Shown: positions 26,065 to 37,774 of the stretch, in pieces | Position numbering within the stretch: position 1 is the stretch's first letter | Layout of the letters: every line of letters starts with the position of its first letter | NCBI GenBank assembly: GCA_039931685.1 | Contig: JBDTRK010000002.1 | Span: 11,253-75,252 of the forward strand | DNA length: 64,000 bases | Direction: 5' to 3' | From: Betaproteobacteria bacterium | GTDB lineage: Bacteria > Pseudomonadota > Gammaproteobacteria > Burkholderiales > JACQAP01 | The notes under the pieces: generated by a model | What the model saw: the letters and a program-made list of their open reading frames with translations, nothing else | What the model was told of the DNA's origin: nothing | Databases searched by the model: none | Made by a program: the position numbers and the translations under genes

Positions 26065-26829
26065 ATGCGAGAAATTCTCCCGCGAGCGGATTCGTCTCGA
26101 AAGCGGCCGCGCTGGTTGCCACCGCTGGCAGCGCTTATTGGCATTGCCTTGACCGCTGCCGCGGGCAGCTGGCAACTCAGCCGGGCCCATGAAAAGGAGC
26201 GTGCGCAGCAGGATTACGACCACGGCGCGTCCGACGCGCCGCTGCAAATCCCGGCACTGGCCGTGCGTGCAGAGGATTTGCGACTGCGGCGGGTCGAGGC
26301 CGAAGGAGAGTTCTTTCCTCAAGGCCTTGTATTGCTGGACAACAAGACGCGTAACGGTGTCGCCGGCTACGAAGTCGTCATGCCGCTGCGGATTGGCGCT
26401 TCGTCGATGCATGTTTTGATCAATCGCGGGTGGATTGAGGCTGGGCCGGATCGGACGCGGTTGCCCGTCATCAGAACGCCTGAGGCCAAAGTCAAGGTTA
26501 CCGGCATGGCGACCGTGCCCGGGCGATTCCTCGAACTATCCCGGGTGCACGAAAGCGGTCCCGTATGGCAGAACCTGACGATCGAGCGCTATGTCGCCCG
26601 TACCGGCCTGCGAGTTCAGCCGGTAGTGGTGCAGCAACAGAATGATCTAGATGACGGCTTGCTGCGCTCCTGGGAGCGTCCAAGCTTCGGTATCGAGAGG
26701 CATTATGGCTATGCGGTGCAGTGGTTTTCCTTTTCCATTCTGATATTTTTTCTTTACGTATATTTTTATGTCAAACGTTCCCGATCCGAAAAAAACCAGG
26801 AGGATGCTTCTTCTCCTGGGAACGATTAG
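26065..26829 (+). CDS. SURF1 family cytochrome oxidase biogenesis protein
   Basis: Two terminal TM helices, VLINRGW motif and HYGYAVQWFSFS C-terminal signature. Confidence 0.88.
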   Translation: MREILPRADSSRKRPRWLPPLAALIGIALTAAAGSWQLSRAHEKERAQQDYDHGASDAPLQIPALAVRAEDLRLRRVEAEGEFFPQGLVLLDNKTRNGVAGYEVVMPLRIGASSMHVLINRGWIEAGPDRTRLPVIRTPEAKVKVTGMATVPGRFLELSRVHESGPVWQNLTIERYVARTGLRVQPVVVQQQNDLDDGLLRSWERPSFGIERHYGYAVQWFSFSILIFFLYVYFYVKRSRSEKNQEDASSPGND

Positions 26830-27361
26830 CCTTGCTCCGTTTGTCGGCTCCCTGCTGCTTTATTACTTCTGGACGCCTCAAGCCTTCACCAACTATGGCG
26901 AGCTCATTACGGCGGTGCCCCTGGCTGGCGTAGCGATTCCCGCCCGCGATGGAAGCCAGCTGCGCTTGGACGAATTGCGTGGCAAGTGGGTGTTCCTTAC
27001 CGTCGATTCCGGAAACTGCGATGACTATTGCCAGTCGAAATTGTATGTGATGCGACAGATCCGACTAACTCAGGGTAAGGATCAGGATCGCATCGAAAGG
27101 CTCTGGCTGGTTTCGGATGGTGTGCAGCCGGCATCCGGCATCCAAGTCGAGTATCAGGGTATGCGCACGATGCTGACGGCAACAGACGATTTTATCGCCC
27201 GCCTGCCGGCGTCGGGTTCGCCGCGCGATCATATTTATGTTATCGATCCATTCGGGAATCTGATGATGCGGTTTCCGCGCGGTGTGGAGCCGCAACGCAT
27301 GAAGAAAGATATCGACAGGCTCATGAAGATTTCAGGCGGCTGGGTCCAGACTGGAAAGTAG
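26768..27361 (+). CDS. Membrane-anchored thioredoxin-fold (Sco-like) protein with a CxxxC motif
   Basis: N-terminal TM helix. LRGKWVFLTVDSGNCDDYCQSKL resembles the Sco1/SenC CxxxC context. Sits between SURF1 and ctaA. Alternative start at 26804. Confidence 0.55.
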   Translation: MSNVPDPKKTRRMLLLLGTISLAPFVGSLLLYYFWTPQAFTNYGELITAVPLAGVAIPARDGSQLRLDELRGKWVFLTVDSGNCDDYCQSKLYVMRQIRLTQGKDQDRIERLWLVSDGVQPASGIQVEYQGMRTMLTATDDFIARLPASGSPRDHIYVIDPFGNLMMRFPRGVEPQRMKKDIDRLMKISGGWVQTGK

Positions 27362-27369
27362 CGAAAAAA

Positions 27370-28482
27370 ATGGACAATCCCGCGATCTGGCAATTTTCAC
27401 TCAACGCATTGCACGCGGCGCTATGGGGTGGTTCGCTGCTGTTCGCGCTGATAGTTTTCTCGCGCTACGTTTCGCTGCGCAAGTTGGCAGTGGGTACGCT
27501 GCTGCTGACCCTTGCTCTGGTCATGCTCGGCGCCTACGTACGCTTGACCGATGCCGGCCTCGGCTGCCCCGACTGGCCGGGTTGCTATGGCAAACTGTCG
27601 CCCACCCAGGCCGTCGACCAGATCAAGGCCGCGCAGGTCGCCGCTCCCGACGGACCTGTGTCGCTTCCCAAGGCATGGCGAGAGATGGCCCATCGCTATC
27701 TGGCATCTTTTGTCGGTGTAATGATTCTGGCGATTGCAATCCGGGTGGTGAGCAATCGCCGCAAGCGCACGGCAGACATGGACGATCCGGCCCGCAAGAT
27801 CGGATTGCCGCTCGCGCTCGTCGCCCTCGTCGTCGTGCAGGGACTTTTCGGAAAATGGACAGTGACGTTATTGCTCAAACCGGCGATCGTTACGATGCAC
27901 TTGCTGGGGGGCATGGCGCTGGTGGCATTACTGGCATGGATGTCTGCACGCCAGCTGGAATTGACGGGCGGCCCGCCTTCCACCTTGCGTCAGATGCGCC
28001 CGCTGGCGGCAATCGCATTGCTGGTACTCGGCTTGCAGATCGCGCTGGGTGGCTGGGTCAGCACGAACTACGCAGCATTGGCCTGTGTGGATTTTCCGAC
28101 CTGCCATGGCAGTTGGAAGCCAGCAACCGATTTCGCACAAGGGTTCCATTTTCTGCGCGAGCTCGGTATGACTGCGGACGGCGAGCCGTTGTCCAATGAC
28201 GCATTGAACGCGATTCACTGGGCGCATCGCATCGGCGCACTGGTGGCTTTCCTCACGCTGGGCTACGTTGCATTGCGTTCGATGTGTCTGCCGGCGTTGC
28301 GCGCCCTGGGCAGACTGGTGCTGGTGCTTTTGCTTGCGCAAATCGCGCTGGGAATTGCCAATATTCTGGGCAGTCTTCCGCTACCCGTGGCGGTTGCTCA
28401 CAATGGGGTCGCCGCGCTGTTACTTGGTGCGGTGGTAATGTTAAACTTCATGGCTCGTTCGCCTTCATCTTCGGGCCGCTAA
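27370..28482 (+). CDS. ctaA: Heme A synthase (COX15/CtaA family)
   Basis: Eight-TM profile, GLGCPDWPGCYG motif and conserved His residues (HRYLA, HLLGG, HRIGA, HNGVA). Confidence 0.9.
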   Translation: MDNPAIWQFSLNALHAALWGGSLLFALIVFSRYVSLRKLAVGTLLLTLALVMLGAYVRLTDAGLGCPDWPGCYGKLSPTQAVDQIKAAQVAAPDGPVSLPKAWREMAHRYLASFVGVMILAIAIRVVSNRRKRTADMDDPARKIGLPLALVALVVVQGLFGKWTVTLLLKPAIVTMHLLGGMALVALLAWMSARQLELTGGPPSTLRQMRPLAAIALLVLGLQIALGGWVSTNYAALACVDFPTCHGSWKPATDFAQGFHFLRELGMTADGEPLSNDALNAIHWAHRIGALVAFLTLGYVALRSMCLPALRALGRLVLVLLLAQIALGIANILGSLPLPVAVAHNGVAALLLGAVVMLNFMARSPSSSGR

Positions 28483-29391
28483 ATGTCCGTTTATCTTCCC
28501 TCCAGCAGTCAGGTCTCGCGGCTGCAGCAGTTACTGCAGCTTACAAAGCCGCGCGTGGTTTCGTTGATCGTATTTACCGCCGTGATCGGCATGTTCCTGG
28601 CGGTACCAGCAGAAGCGTTGTCGTCGCCGCATTTCTGGACCGCAGCGTTATACGCCACCCTTGGTATTGCGCTGGTCGCCGGCTCCGCCGCCGCCGTGAA
28701 TTGCCTGGTGGAACAGAAAATCGATGCGGTGATGGCGCGCACCCGTGCACGGCCGCTGCCAATGGGCACGGTAACCCCTCAGGAAACCTTGCTGTTTTCC
28801 GGGGCCGTTGGTGGAATCGGGCTGACACTGCTTTACATCATGGTAAACCCGTTGACCATGTGGCTGACGCTGGCAACCTTCGTCGGCTACGCCGTGATCT
28901 ATACCATATTATTGAAGCCGCTCACTCCTCAAAACATCGTGATCGGCGGAGCGTCCGGTGCAATGCCGCCAGTACTTGGCTGGGCGGCCGTTACCGGCGG
29001 GATATCGCACGACGCATTGCTGCTATTCCTGATTATATTTGCCTGGACGCCACCGCATTTTTGGGCGCTGGCGTTGTATCGCAAGAAGGAATATGCGAGT
29101 GCCGGCGTACCCATGTTGCCGGTCACGCACGGCGATCGATTTACGCGTCTGCACGTCTTGCTCTACACCGTCATCCTGCTCGCGGTGACGATGCTGCCTT
29201 TCTCCACCCGCATGAGCGGGTTGGTATATCTGGTTGCGGCAATTGGTCTTGGCGCGGTATTTCTGGTCTACGCAGTGCGCATTTGCGTGGCATACAGCGA
29301 CGATCTGGCAAAAAGCACCTTCCGCTATTCAATTCTCTACCTTTCGCTGTTGTTCGCCGCGCTTCTCGTCGACCACTACCTGCGATACTGA
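28483..29391 (+). CDS. cyoE: Protoheme IX farnesyltransferase (heme O synthase)
   Basis: UbiA-family motifs ([20 protein letters not shown]). Starts immediately after the ctaA stop. Confidence 0.93.
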   Translation: MSVYLPSSSQVSRLQQLLQLTKPRVVSLIVFTAVIGMFLAVPAEALSSPHFWTAALYATLGIALVAGSAAAVNCLVEQKIDAVMARTRARPLPMGTVTPQETLLFSGAVGGIGLTLLYIMVNPLTMWLTLATFVGYAVIYTILLKPLTPQNIVIGGASGAMPPVLGWAAVTGGISHDALLLFLIIFAWTPPHFWALALYRKKEYASAGVPMLPVTHGDRFTRLHVLLYTVILLAVTMLPFSTRMSGLVYLVAAIGLGAVFLVYAVRICVAYSDDLAKSTFRYSILYLSLLFAALLVDHYLRY

Positions 29392-29427
29392 GTGCGCCGA
29401 TAGCCAGGTCATCCAATTCATACATCC

Positions 29428-30015
29428 GTGTTCCTGTTTCTGCGCATTCTTGTCCTGAGCGCTGCAACATTGCTGGCCGGGTGCCAGCCGCAGCAGCCGG
29501 GCTTCGAGTCCACCGATATTACCGGCGCGGATTTCGGCAAGACGTTTACGCTGACCGACCACAATGGCAGGAAACGATCACTGACGGATTTTCGCGGGCA
29601 GGTGGTGGTGGTTTTCTTCGGCTTTACCCATTGTCCCGATGTGTGCCCGACGACACTCGCGGAACTTGCCGGTGCAATGAGGAAGCTTGGCCAGGCGGCG
29701 GATCAAGTGCAGGTGCTGCTGGTCACTGTCGATCCCGAGCGCGATACGCCGGAATTACTGGGCAAATACGTGACTGCGTTCAATCCGAAGTTCCTGGCCT
29801 TGCGTGGCAGCGCGGAGGAGACGGCGGCAGTAGCGAAGGAGTTCAAGGTCATTTACCAGAAGGTTGCCGGTTCGCGCCCGGATAATTACTCGATGGATCA
29901 CTCGGCCGGCAGCTACATTTTTGACCGCCAGGGCCGCCTGCGCCTGTATGTCAGTTATGGGCGCGGCGCAGAAGTCTTCGCGCACGACATTGATCTGTTG
30001 CTGAAGCAGCCCTGA
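29428..30015 (+). CDS. SCO family copper chaperone
   Basis: GTG start, lipoprotein-like LLAGC, copper motif FGFTHCPDVCP and downstream DHS. Confidence 0.9.
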   Translation: MFLFLRILVLSAATLLAGCQPQQPGFESTDITGADFGKTFTLTDHNGRKRSLTDFRGQVVVVFFGFTHCPDVCPTTLAELAGAMRKLGQAADQVQVLLVTVDPERDTPELLGKYVTAFNPKFLALRGSAEETAAVAKEFKVIYQKVAGSRPDNYSMDHSAGSYIFDRQGRLRLYVSYGRGAEVFAHDIDLLLKQP

Positions 30016-30028
30016 TCGCGCTCCAAAG

Positions 30029-30056
30029 AAAAAGCCCCGAAACACGGGGCTTTTTC
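30029..30056. terminator. Bidirectional rho-independent terminator between sco and rpoH
   Basis: AAAAAGCCCCG aaaca CGGGGCTTTTT, with A/T runs on both sides between convergent genes. Confidence 0.85.
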
Positions 30057-30077
30057 TTTTGCGACAGCTGTAGAAGA

Positions 30078-30941
30078 TCAACCGGCATCCGCCACCATCA
30101 GGCCCCGAATTTTCTTCATGGCCTGACCTTCAATCTGGCGGATCCGTTCCGCAGAAACGCCGAACTCGCCGGCCAGATCGTGCAGTGTTGCGCTGTCTTC
30201 CTCGCGTAGCCAGCGTGCCTCGATGATCCGGCGGCTGCGTGGATCCAGTGCCGTCAGCGCATTCTCCAGGCCCTTGCTGCGCGCCCGCTCCAACTGTTCA
30301 TGTTCCAGTAGCTTCGAGGGTTCGTCGTCGGCCTTGGTCAGATAGGCAATGGGCGAGAAGCTGTCTTCATCGTCCTCGCTGAGTGGCTCGAGGGATATGT
30401 CATGACCGCCCATGCGGGTTTCCATTTCGACCACGTCCCCAGCTTTGACGTTGAGTTGCTCCGCCACTGCAGCGACCTCGTCGGGCGTCATCGTGAAATG
30501 GCTGCGCTTCAGGCTGCGCAGGTTGAAAAACAGCTTGCGCTGCGACTTGGTGGTGGCCACCTTGACCATGCGCCAGTTTCTGAGGATGAACTCATGAATT
30601 TCCGCGCGGATCCAGTGCACGGCAAACGACACCAGTCGCACGCCGCGTTCCGGATCGAATCGCCTGACAGCCTTCATGAGGCCGACGTTACCTTCCTGGA
30701 TCAGGTCGGCATGCGGTAAGCCATACCCCAAGTAGCCGCGCGCGATCGAGACCACGACGCGCAGGTGCGAAACCACCAGCTGGCGGGCGGCCTCCACATC
30801 TTCATCATCGCGCAGGCGCCGAGCCAGCGTCGTTTCCTCTTCCTGGGTCAGGAGCGGGAAGCGGTTCACCGTCTGGATATAGGTATCCAGACTGCCCGCC
30901 TTTGACGGGTAAGGAATCGATAGGGCCAAAGCGTTCGTCAT
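30078..30941 (-). CDS. rpoH: RNA polymerase sigma-32 (heat-shock sigma factor)
   Basis: RpoH box QRKLFFNLR and sigma-70 regions 2 and 4. Confidence 0.96.
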   Translation of the reverse strand: MTNALALSIPYPSKAGSLDTYIQTVNRFPLLTQEEETTLARRLRDDEDVEAARQLVVSHLRVVVSIARGYLGYGLPHADLIQEGNVGLMKAVRRFDPERGVRLVSFAVHWIRAEIHEFILRNWRMVKVATTKSQRKLFFNLRSLKRSHFTMTPDEVAAVAEQLNVKAGDVVEMETRMGGHDISLEPLSEDDEDSFSPIAYLTKADDEPSKLLEHEQLERARSKGLENALTALDPRSRRIIEARWLREEDSATLHDLAGEFGVSAERIRQIEGQAMKKIRGLMVADAG

Positions 30942-31032
30942 GGATTGAATCTCCTTTGCGCAAATATTAGCACTCGCATCCTAAGAGTGCCAATCTCCCG
31001 GAAAGTTCTCTGGCTAATCGTCCGGAGCAGCT

Positions 31033-31938
31033 CTACCGGGGCTCTCGCAGCGATAAGTGACGACTCACTGATAGCCATGCTCCCAACCATCCCAGAGCGG
31101 CCGAAAAGCCAAGCAGGATCATGCTGTCTTCGCCTCCCGGCAATTCCAGCTTAAAGAGCGTGCCATACAACCCGCTCAAATTTGCCAGTTGGGAATTCAG
31201 GACCAGAACGGCCAAGGCCACGATTGCCCAGGCGGCGCATCCACCGGCCAGTCCCTGCAGGGCACCGAAGTACAGAAACGGGCGCCGAATGAAAGGATTC
31301 GTCGCCCCTATCAGTTTGGATACTTCGATTTCATCGCGACGGGTGAGAATCTGCAGCCGTATCGTGTTGAAGGTCACTGCCACCAATGCAATGGCCAGCA
31401 ATACCACTAATAGGGTCACCAACATACGACCAACGTTCAGGATCGCATCGAGCCGCCGCGCCCATTCCGCGTCCAGTTGCACATGCTCGACCTTGGGCCA
31501 TTCGCGCGCCTGATTGTGCAGCGTTTCCAGCACCGCGGGATCATTGCTGCGTGCCGTGACGACAAATGCATCAGGGAGCGGATTGCGGGCGAGGTTTACA
31601 AGGACGTCCGAAAGACCGGCATTGCGCTTGAGCCGCGCCAGCGCCTGGTCTCGAGAAATAAACTCCACCCGGCCGATGTCCGGGTTGGACTTCAGGCGCT
31701 GCTCAACCGCAGCGACTTCGGCTGTGTTGGCGTCGATGGCCATGAAGATACTCACTTGAGGATCGCTGGAAAGTTGTCTTGAGAATGTCTGCAGATTATT
31801 CAATCCGAGGTAAAAGCCCGTCGGGAGTGACAGCGCAATGCCGATCACGATGACATTCAGGGCCGAGGCGACCGGTTGGTGCAGCAGCCGGATCAGGCTT
31901 TCGCGAAGGGTATCGAGATGAACCAGCAGCCAATTCAC
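31033..31938 (-). CDS. ftsX: Cell division ABC transporter permease FtsX
   Basis: Four TM helices with a large periplasmic loop. 4-nt overlap with ftsE. Confidence 0.9.
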   Translation of the reverse strand: MNWLLVHLDTLRESLIRLLHQPVASALNVIVIGIALSLPTGFYLGLNNLQTFSRQLSSDPQVSIFMAIDANTAEVAAVEQRLKSNPDIGRVEFISRDQALARLKRNAGLSDVLVNLARNPLPDAFVVTARSNDPAVLETLHNQAREWPKVEHVQLDAEWARRLDAILNVGRMLVTLLVVLLAIALVAVTFNTIRLQILTRRDEIEVSKLIGATNPFIRRPFLYFGALQGLAGGCAAWAIVALAVLVLNSQLANLSGLYGTLFKLELPGGEDSMILLGFSAALGWLGAWLSVSRHLSLREPR

Positions 31939-32588
31939 GCCGCAATCCTGCCGTGGTCCAGGTGGACGATGCGGGGGCCGAGACGCCTGATCATTTCTTC
32001 GTCGTGAGTGGCAATGACCACGGTCACACCTACCTGATTGAACGACTTGAACATGCCGATGATCTCTTCGGCATACGCGGCGTCAAGATTGCCGGTGGGT
32101 TCATCCGCGAGAAGGATTGCGGGGCGATTGACGATGGCGCGGGCAATACAAAGGCGTTGCTGTTCGCCGCCGGACAGCGTGATCGGCTTGGCTTTCTCAC
32201 GTCCCAGCAAACCCACTTTGTCCAGGGCCGCGCGCGCCCGCTTTGCCATTTCACCGCGTGGAAATCCGCTAATTGCCAGGGGCAAAACCACGTTTTCGAA
32301 TACGGTGCGGTCGAAAAGCAGCTTGTGGTCCTGAAAAATAAGTCCGAAATTGCGCCGGAAAAATGGGATCAATCCCGCCTTCATTGCCGAAACATTCTGC
32401 CCATTGATGACGACGCTGCCCGACGTCGGTCTTTCTATGGCAGTGATCAGTTTCAGCAACGTACTTTTCCCCGCACCTGAATGGCCGGTAATGAACACCA
32501 TCTCGCCGGAGTCCACCGAAAAGGTGACTTCGTGCAATGCCTCATAGCCACCCGCATAGCGCTTGGAAACATGGCTTACCTGGATCAT
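31935..32588 (-). CDS. ftsE: Cell division ATP-binding protein FtsE
   Basis: Start [11 protein letters not shown], Walker A GHSGAGKS, signature [12 protein letters not shown] at 32615 (GTGA overlap with ftsY) is an alternative start. Confidence 0.93.
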   Translation of the reverse strand: MIQVSHVSKRYAGGYEALHEVTFSVDSGEMVFITGHSGAGKSTLLKLITAIERPTSGSVVINGQNVSAMKAGLIPFFRRNFGLIFQDHKLLFDRTVFENVVLPLAISGFPRGEMAKRARAALDKVGLLGREKAKPITLSGGEQQRLCIARAIVNRPAILLADEPTGNLDAAYAEEIIGMFKSFNQVGVTVVIATHDEEMIRRLGPRIVHLDHGRIAA

Positions 32589-32611
32589 CGATCCGCGACG
32601 CGTATCTGCAT

Positions 32612-33574
32612 TCACTCGAACAATGCCTCCACGAATTGCGCGGCGGAGAATGGCCGCAGATCGTCCACTCCTTCGCCCACTCCGATGTAGCGCAGTGGAA
32701 TGGGTTTATTGCGCGCAATGGCGGCAATCGTACCGCCCTTTGCGGTACCGTCGAGTTTCGTCAGAATGATTCCGCTGACGCCCAGCGCCGCATCGAAAGC
32801 CTTTACCTGGGTGACCGAATTTTGTCCATTGTTGGCATCGAGCACCAGAAGGATCTCATGCGGCGCACCGGGAATGGCTTTGGCAATCACCCGTTTGACC
32901 TTGCGGATTTCCTCCATGAGGTGAAGTTGCGTGGGCAGGCGTCCCGCGGTGTCCGCGATGACCACATCGATATTCTTCGCTCGTGCAGATTGAATCGCGT
33001 CGAAAATGACCGCTGCGGTATCGCCGCCTTCCTGGGCAACGACGGTCACGCCATTGCGTTCTCCCCAGACCTGCAATTGCTCGCGTGCCGCGGCGCGAAA
33101 AGTATCCCCCGCGGCCAGTAGCACGGTCTTGCCCTGCGCCTGGAACACGCGTGCAAGTTTGCCTATCGACGTCGTTTTGCCGGCGCCATTCACACCGGCA
33201 ATAAGGATGACGAACGGCTTGGACACGGATGTATCCAGCGCTTGCTCCAGAGGCTTGAGCAGATCGAGCAATGCCTGCTTGAGAACCTCCCGGACCTGTG
33301 AGGCGTCGATCAACCCCAGTGCGCGAGCCCTGGTCCGGGTCGTTTCTAGCAGGTGTGCCGTCGCGTCGACGCCGACATCGCAGGAAATCAGGATCGATTC
33401 CATTTCCTCGAACAGCGCGTCATCGATCTTGCGACCGGCGCCGAACGCGCCGGCGAGACGCGCGACAAGAAGCGCGCGGGTGTTCGCCAGCCCTTGTCGC
33501 AATTTTGCCGCCCAGCCAATATCGCCGTCGGCGTTCGCACTCCCGCCCTTGTCACGCTTCAGGAAACTTAACAT
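32612..33574 (-). CDS. ftsY: Signal recognition particle receptor FtsY (short form without a long acidic domain)
   Basis: NG domain with GVNGAGKTT, DTAGR and TKLDGTAKGG. Confidence 0.95.
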   Translation of the reverse strand: MLSFLKRDKGGSANADGDIGWAAKLRQGLANTRALLVARLAGAFGAGRKIDDALFEEMESILISCDVGVDATAHLLETTRTRARALGLIDASQVREVLKQALLDLLKPLEQALDTSVSKPFVILIAGVNGAGKTTSIGKLARVFQAQGKTVLLAAGDTFRAAAREQLQVWGERNGVTVVAQEGGDTAAVIFDAIQSARAKNIDVVIADTAGRLPTQLHLMEEIRKVKRVIAKAIPGAPHEILLVLDANNGQNSVTQVKAFDAALGVSGIILTKLDGTAKGGTIAAIARNKPIPLRYIGVGEGVDDLRPFSAAQFVEALFE

Positions 33575-33656
33575 ACTCTGGTACTGTCACAGCGATGCTC
33601 GTTGTTCAAATAACAATATCAATTCTATTCTGTTTGCCCACGGTTCACCCACTAGC

Positions 33657-35048
33657 ATGTTGACACCATCTTTACCTGTTCGATCCGCCCTGGCGGTCGT
33701 GCTCCTGATCTGCGCCAGCGCGGCCGTGTCCGCCGCGACGGTCGCGCAACGCACACTGGCCAACGGCATGACCATCATCGTCAAGGAGGACCATCGCTCG
33801 CCGGTTGCCGTTTCGATGGTCTGGTACCGTGCCGGCAGCATGGATGAAGTCAGCGGGACGACCGGTGTCGCCCATATGCTCGAACACATGATGTTCAAGG
33901 GCACCGCAAAGATGCCGGCGGGGGAATTTTCGCGAGCCATCGCCCGTGCCGGAGGCCGCGAAAACGCATTTACGTCGCGTGACTATACGGCGTATTACCA
34001 GCAGCTGCATAAGGCCAAACTGCCGCTTGCGCTGGAGCTGGAGGCCGACCGCATGGTCAATCTGACCTTTGCAGAGGAGGAGTTCGCCAAGGAATCGAAA
34101 GTGGTAATGGAAGAACGGCGCTCGCGAACCGACGACGATGCGCATTCGCAGCTGTACGAACAGCTGATGGCAACCATTTACATAGCGAATCCCTACCGAT
34201 CGCCGATCATCGGCTGGATGAACGACTTGCAAAACATGCAGCTTGCTGATGCCCGAGGATGGTACGAGAAGTGGTATGCACCCAATAACGCAACACTCGT
34301 GGTCGCGGGCGACGTAGAGCCGGACGAAGTGTTCAGGCTCGCGGATAAATATTTTGGCGAAATTCCTGCGCGCGTATTGCCACTGCGCAAGATACAGACG
34401 GAACCGGGTCAGCTCGGTATCAAACGTATCACCGTCAAGGCGCAGGCAGAATTGCCTTATCTGGTGATGGCCTATCACGCTCCGGTACTGCGGGACGTCG
34501 AGAACGACCGTGAACCCTATGCGTTATTCGTCCTTAACGGCATCCTCGATGGCAGCGACGCATCGCGCTTGAATCGAGAACTGGTGAGAAAATCGCGCGT
34601 GGCAAATTCAGCCAGTTCAAGTTACGACCTCATCAATCGTGGGCCGGCGCTTTTTTTCCTCGATGGCGTTCCTGCCGAAGGCAAAACCGTGGCCAATGTC
34701 GAGGCGGCGCTGCGCGAGCAGATTCGCGTGCTGGTAGAGCAGGGAGTCAGCGACGACGAGCTGCGGCGGGTAAAAGCGCAGGTGACTGCCTCCCAGGTTT
34801 ACGCTCGCGACTCGGTTTACTACCAGGCCATGCGCATCGGCATGTTGCAGACCGTCGGATTGCCGATTGACTCTTCCGACCTGCAAGTGAAGAAACTGCA
34901 GGAAGTAACCGCCGACGAGGTCCGAGAAGTGGCTCGGAAATATCTGGTCGACGGCAATCTCACGGTGGCGGTACTCGATCCGCAGCCCTTGGACGGCAGC
35001 AAGCGACCGCGGCTGACACCCGCTGGAGGTGGACATGACCAGCGCTAG
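33657..35048 (+). CDS. M16 family zinc metallopeptidase (active subunit)
   Basis: Signal peptide then inverted zincin motif HMLEHMMFKG. The 33006-33656 ORF extension, antisense to ftsY, was rejected. Confidence 0.9.
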   Translation: MLTPSLPVRSALAVVLLICASAAVSAATVAQRTLANGMTIIVKEDHRSPVAVSMVWYRAGSMDEVSGTTGVAHMLEHMMFKGTAKMPAGEFSRAIARAGGRENAFTSRDYTAYYQQLHKAKLPLALELEADRMVNLTFAEEEFAKESKVVMEERRSRTDDDAHSQLYEQLMATIYIANPYRSPIIGWMNDLQNMQLADARGWYEKWYAPNNATLVVAGDVEPDEVFRLADKYFGEIPARVLPLRKIQTEPGQLGIKRITVKAQAELPYLVMAYHAPVLRDVENDREPYALFVLNGILDGSDASRLNRELVRKSRVANSASSSYDLINRGPALFFLDGVPAEGKTVANVEAALREQIRVLVEQGVSDDELRRVKAQVTASQVYARDSVYYQAMRIGMLQTVGLPIDSSDLQVKKLQEVTADEVREVARKYLVDGNLTVAVLDPQPLDGSKRPRLTPAGGGHDQR

Positions 35049-36366
35049 GATAGCTTGCTTGAAGGGTCTGCTGGGCGCGGCCTGTCTGGCCGCGACGGCG
35101 ACCGCAAATGCCACCCTGCCAATTCAGCATTGGCAGACCAGTACTGGAGCGCGAGTCTTATTCGTGGAAACTCACGATCTGCCGATGTTGGACGTTGCGG
35201 TGGACTTTCCAGCCGGCGCGAGCCGCGACACCCCCGAAAAAGCCGGTGCGGCGGCGTTGACACTCGGATTGATGCGCGGTGGAGCGGCAGCATTTGGCGA
35301 GGACGAAATTTCACAGCGTCTCGCAGGCATCGGCGCCGAGATGTCGGGTCGATTCGATATGGATAGGGCGGGATATGGGCTGCGAACCCTGTCGAGCGCG
35401 CGCGAGAGCAGCGAAGCGTTGACGCTGTTGGCGGCGGTATTGCAGAAACCCACATTTCCGCAGAACGTGTTCGATCGTGAGCAGCAGCGCGTCCTGGCGG
35501 ACTTGCGGGAAGCCGAATCCCGCCCGGAAGTTATCGCCGATCGCCAATTCAGGCGCCTGCTCTACGGCGGGCATCCCTATTCCCGGCGCGGATCGGGTGA
35601 CATCGAAACGGTCGCCGCATTGCAGCGTGACGATATCGTGGATTTCTACCGTCGTCACTTTACCGCCGGCGATGCCGTGGTATCGATAATCGGCGATCTC
35701 ACGCGCAGCGAGGCTGCTGCAGTGGCGGAACAACTCACCGCGGGCCTCGCACGCCGCGTGCAACCGCTGCCACCATTGCCAGCGGTGACGCAGCTCGAAT
35801 CCGGCCACTTGAGCCGCATAGCGCATCCCGCGACACAGGCGCACATCCTCATCGGCCAGCCCGGCATCAAGCGCCTGGATCCGGACTACTTTGCGTTGTT
35901 TCTCGGCAACTACGTGCTGGGTGGCGGAGGGTTCGCATCCCGACTCAATGAAGAGATACGACAGAAACGGGGATATGCGTACAGCGCTTACAGCTACTTC
36001 AATCCGCTGGCGCTCGAGGGGCCATTCCAGATCGCCGTGCAGACCAAAAAGGATACGGCGCAAGACGCGTTGAAGGTGGCCCAGGACACATTGGCGAGTT
36101 TCGTAGCGGAAGGCCCGACGCCGCAGGAACTGGATGCCGCCAAGCAAAACATAGTCGGCGGTTTTCCGCTGCGCATAGACAGCAACCGGAAAATTCTGGA
36201 ATACCTTTCGATCATCGGATTTTATCGATTGCCTCTGACCTATCTGGATGATTTCCCTGCCCAGATCGAGCGAGTCACGCTGGACCAGGTCAAGGAAGCC
36301 TGGGCTCGGCGCATACATCCCGATCGTATGGTCACGGTGGTCGTTGCAGGCGCCGACACGCACTAA
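35029..36366 (+). CDS. M16 family peptidase-like protein (no HxxEH motif, probable non-catalytic partner)
   Basis: Overlaps the previous stop. Signal peptide. M16 fold-like sequence lacking the zinc motif. Confidence 0.85.
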   Translation: MDMTSARIACLKGLLGAACLAATATANATLPIQHWQTSTGARVLFVETHDLPMLDVAVDFPAGASRDTPEKAGAAALTLGLMRGGAAAFGEDEISQRLAGIGAEMSGRFDMDRAGYGLRTLSSARESSEALTLLAAVLQKPTFPQNVFDREQQRVLADLREAESRPEVIADRQFRRLLYGGHPYSRRGSGDIETVAALQRDDIVDFYRRHFTAGDAVVSIIGDLTRSEAAAVAEQLTAGLARRVQPLPPLPAVTQLESGHLSRIAHPATQAHILIGQPGIKRLDPDYFALFLGNYVLGGGGFASRLNEEIRQKRGYAYSAYSYFNPLALEGPFQIAVQTKKDTAQDALKVAQDTLASFVAEGPTPQELDAAKQNIVGGFPLRIDSNRKILEYLSIIGFYRLPLTYLDDFPAQIERVTLDQVKEAWARRIHPDRMVTVVVAGADTH

Positions 36367-36400
36367 GAAAACGCCGGCGCTTTCGGTTTGCCGCGCAGGC

Positions 36401-37756
<1,356 letters not shown>

Positions 37757-37774
37757 CCAGGCGGCAGTTGCAAG

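Noticed and set aside
33006-33656. N-terminal 217-aa extension of the M16 peptidase ORF.
   Set aside because: The extension is antisense to ftsY and has a Ser/Arg/Ala-rich composition. A clean signal peptide starts at ATG 33657.
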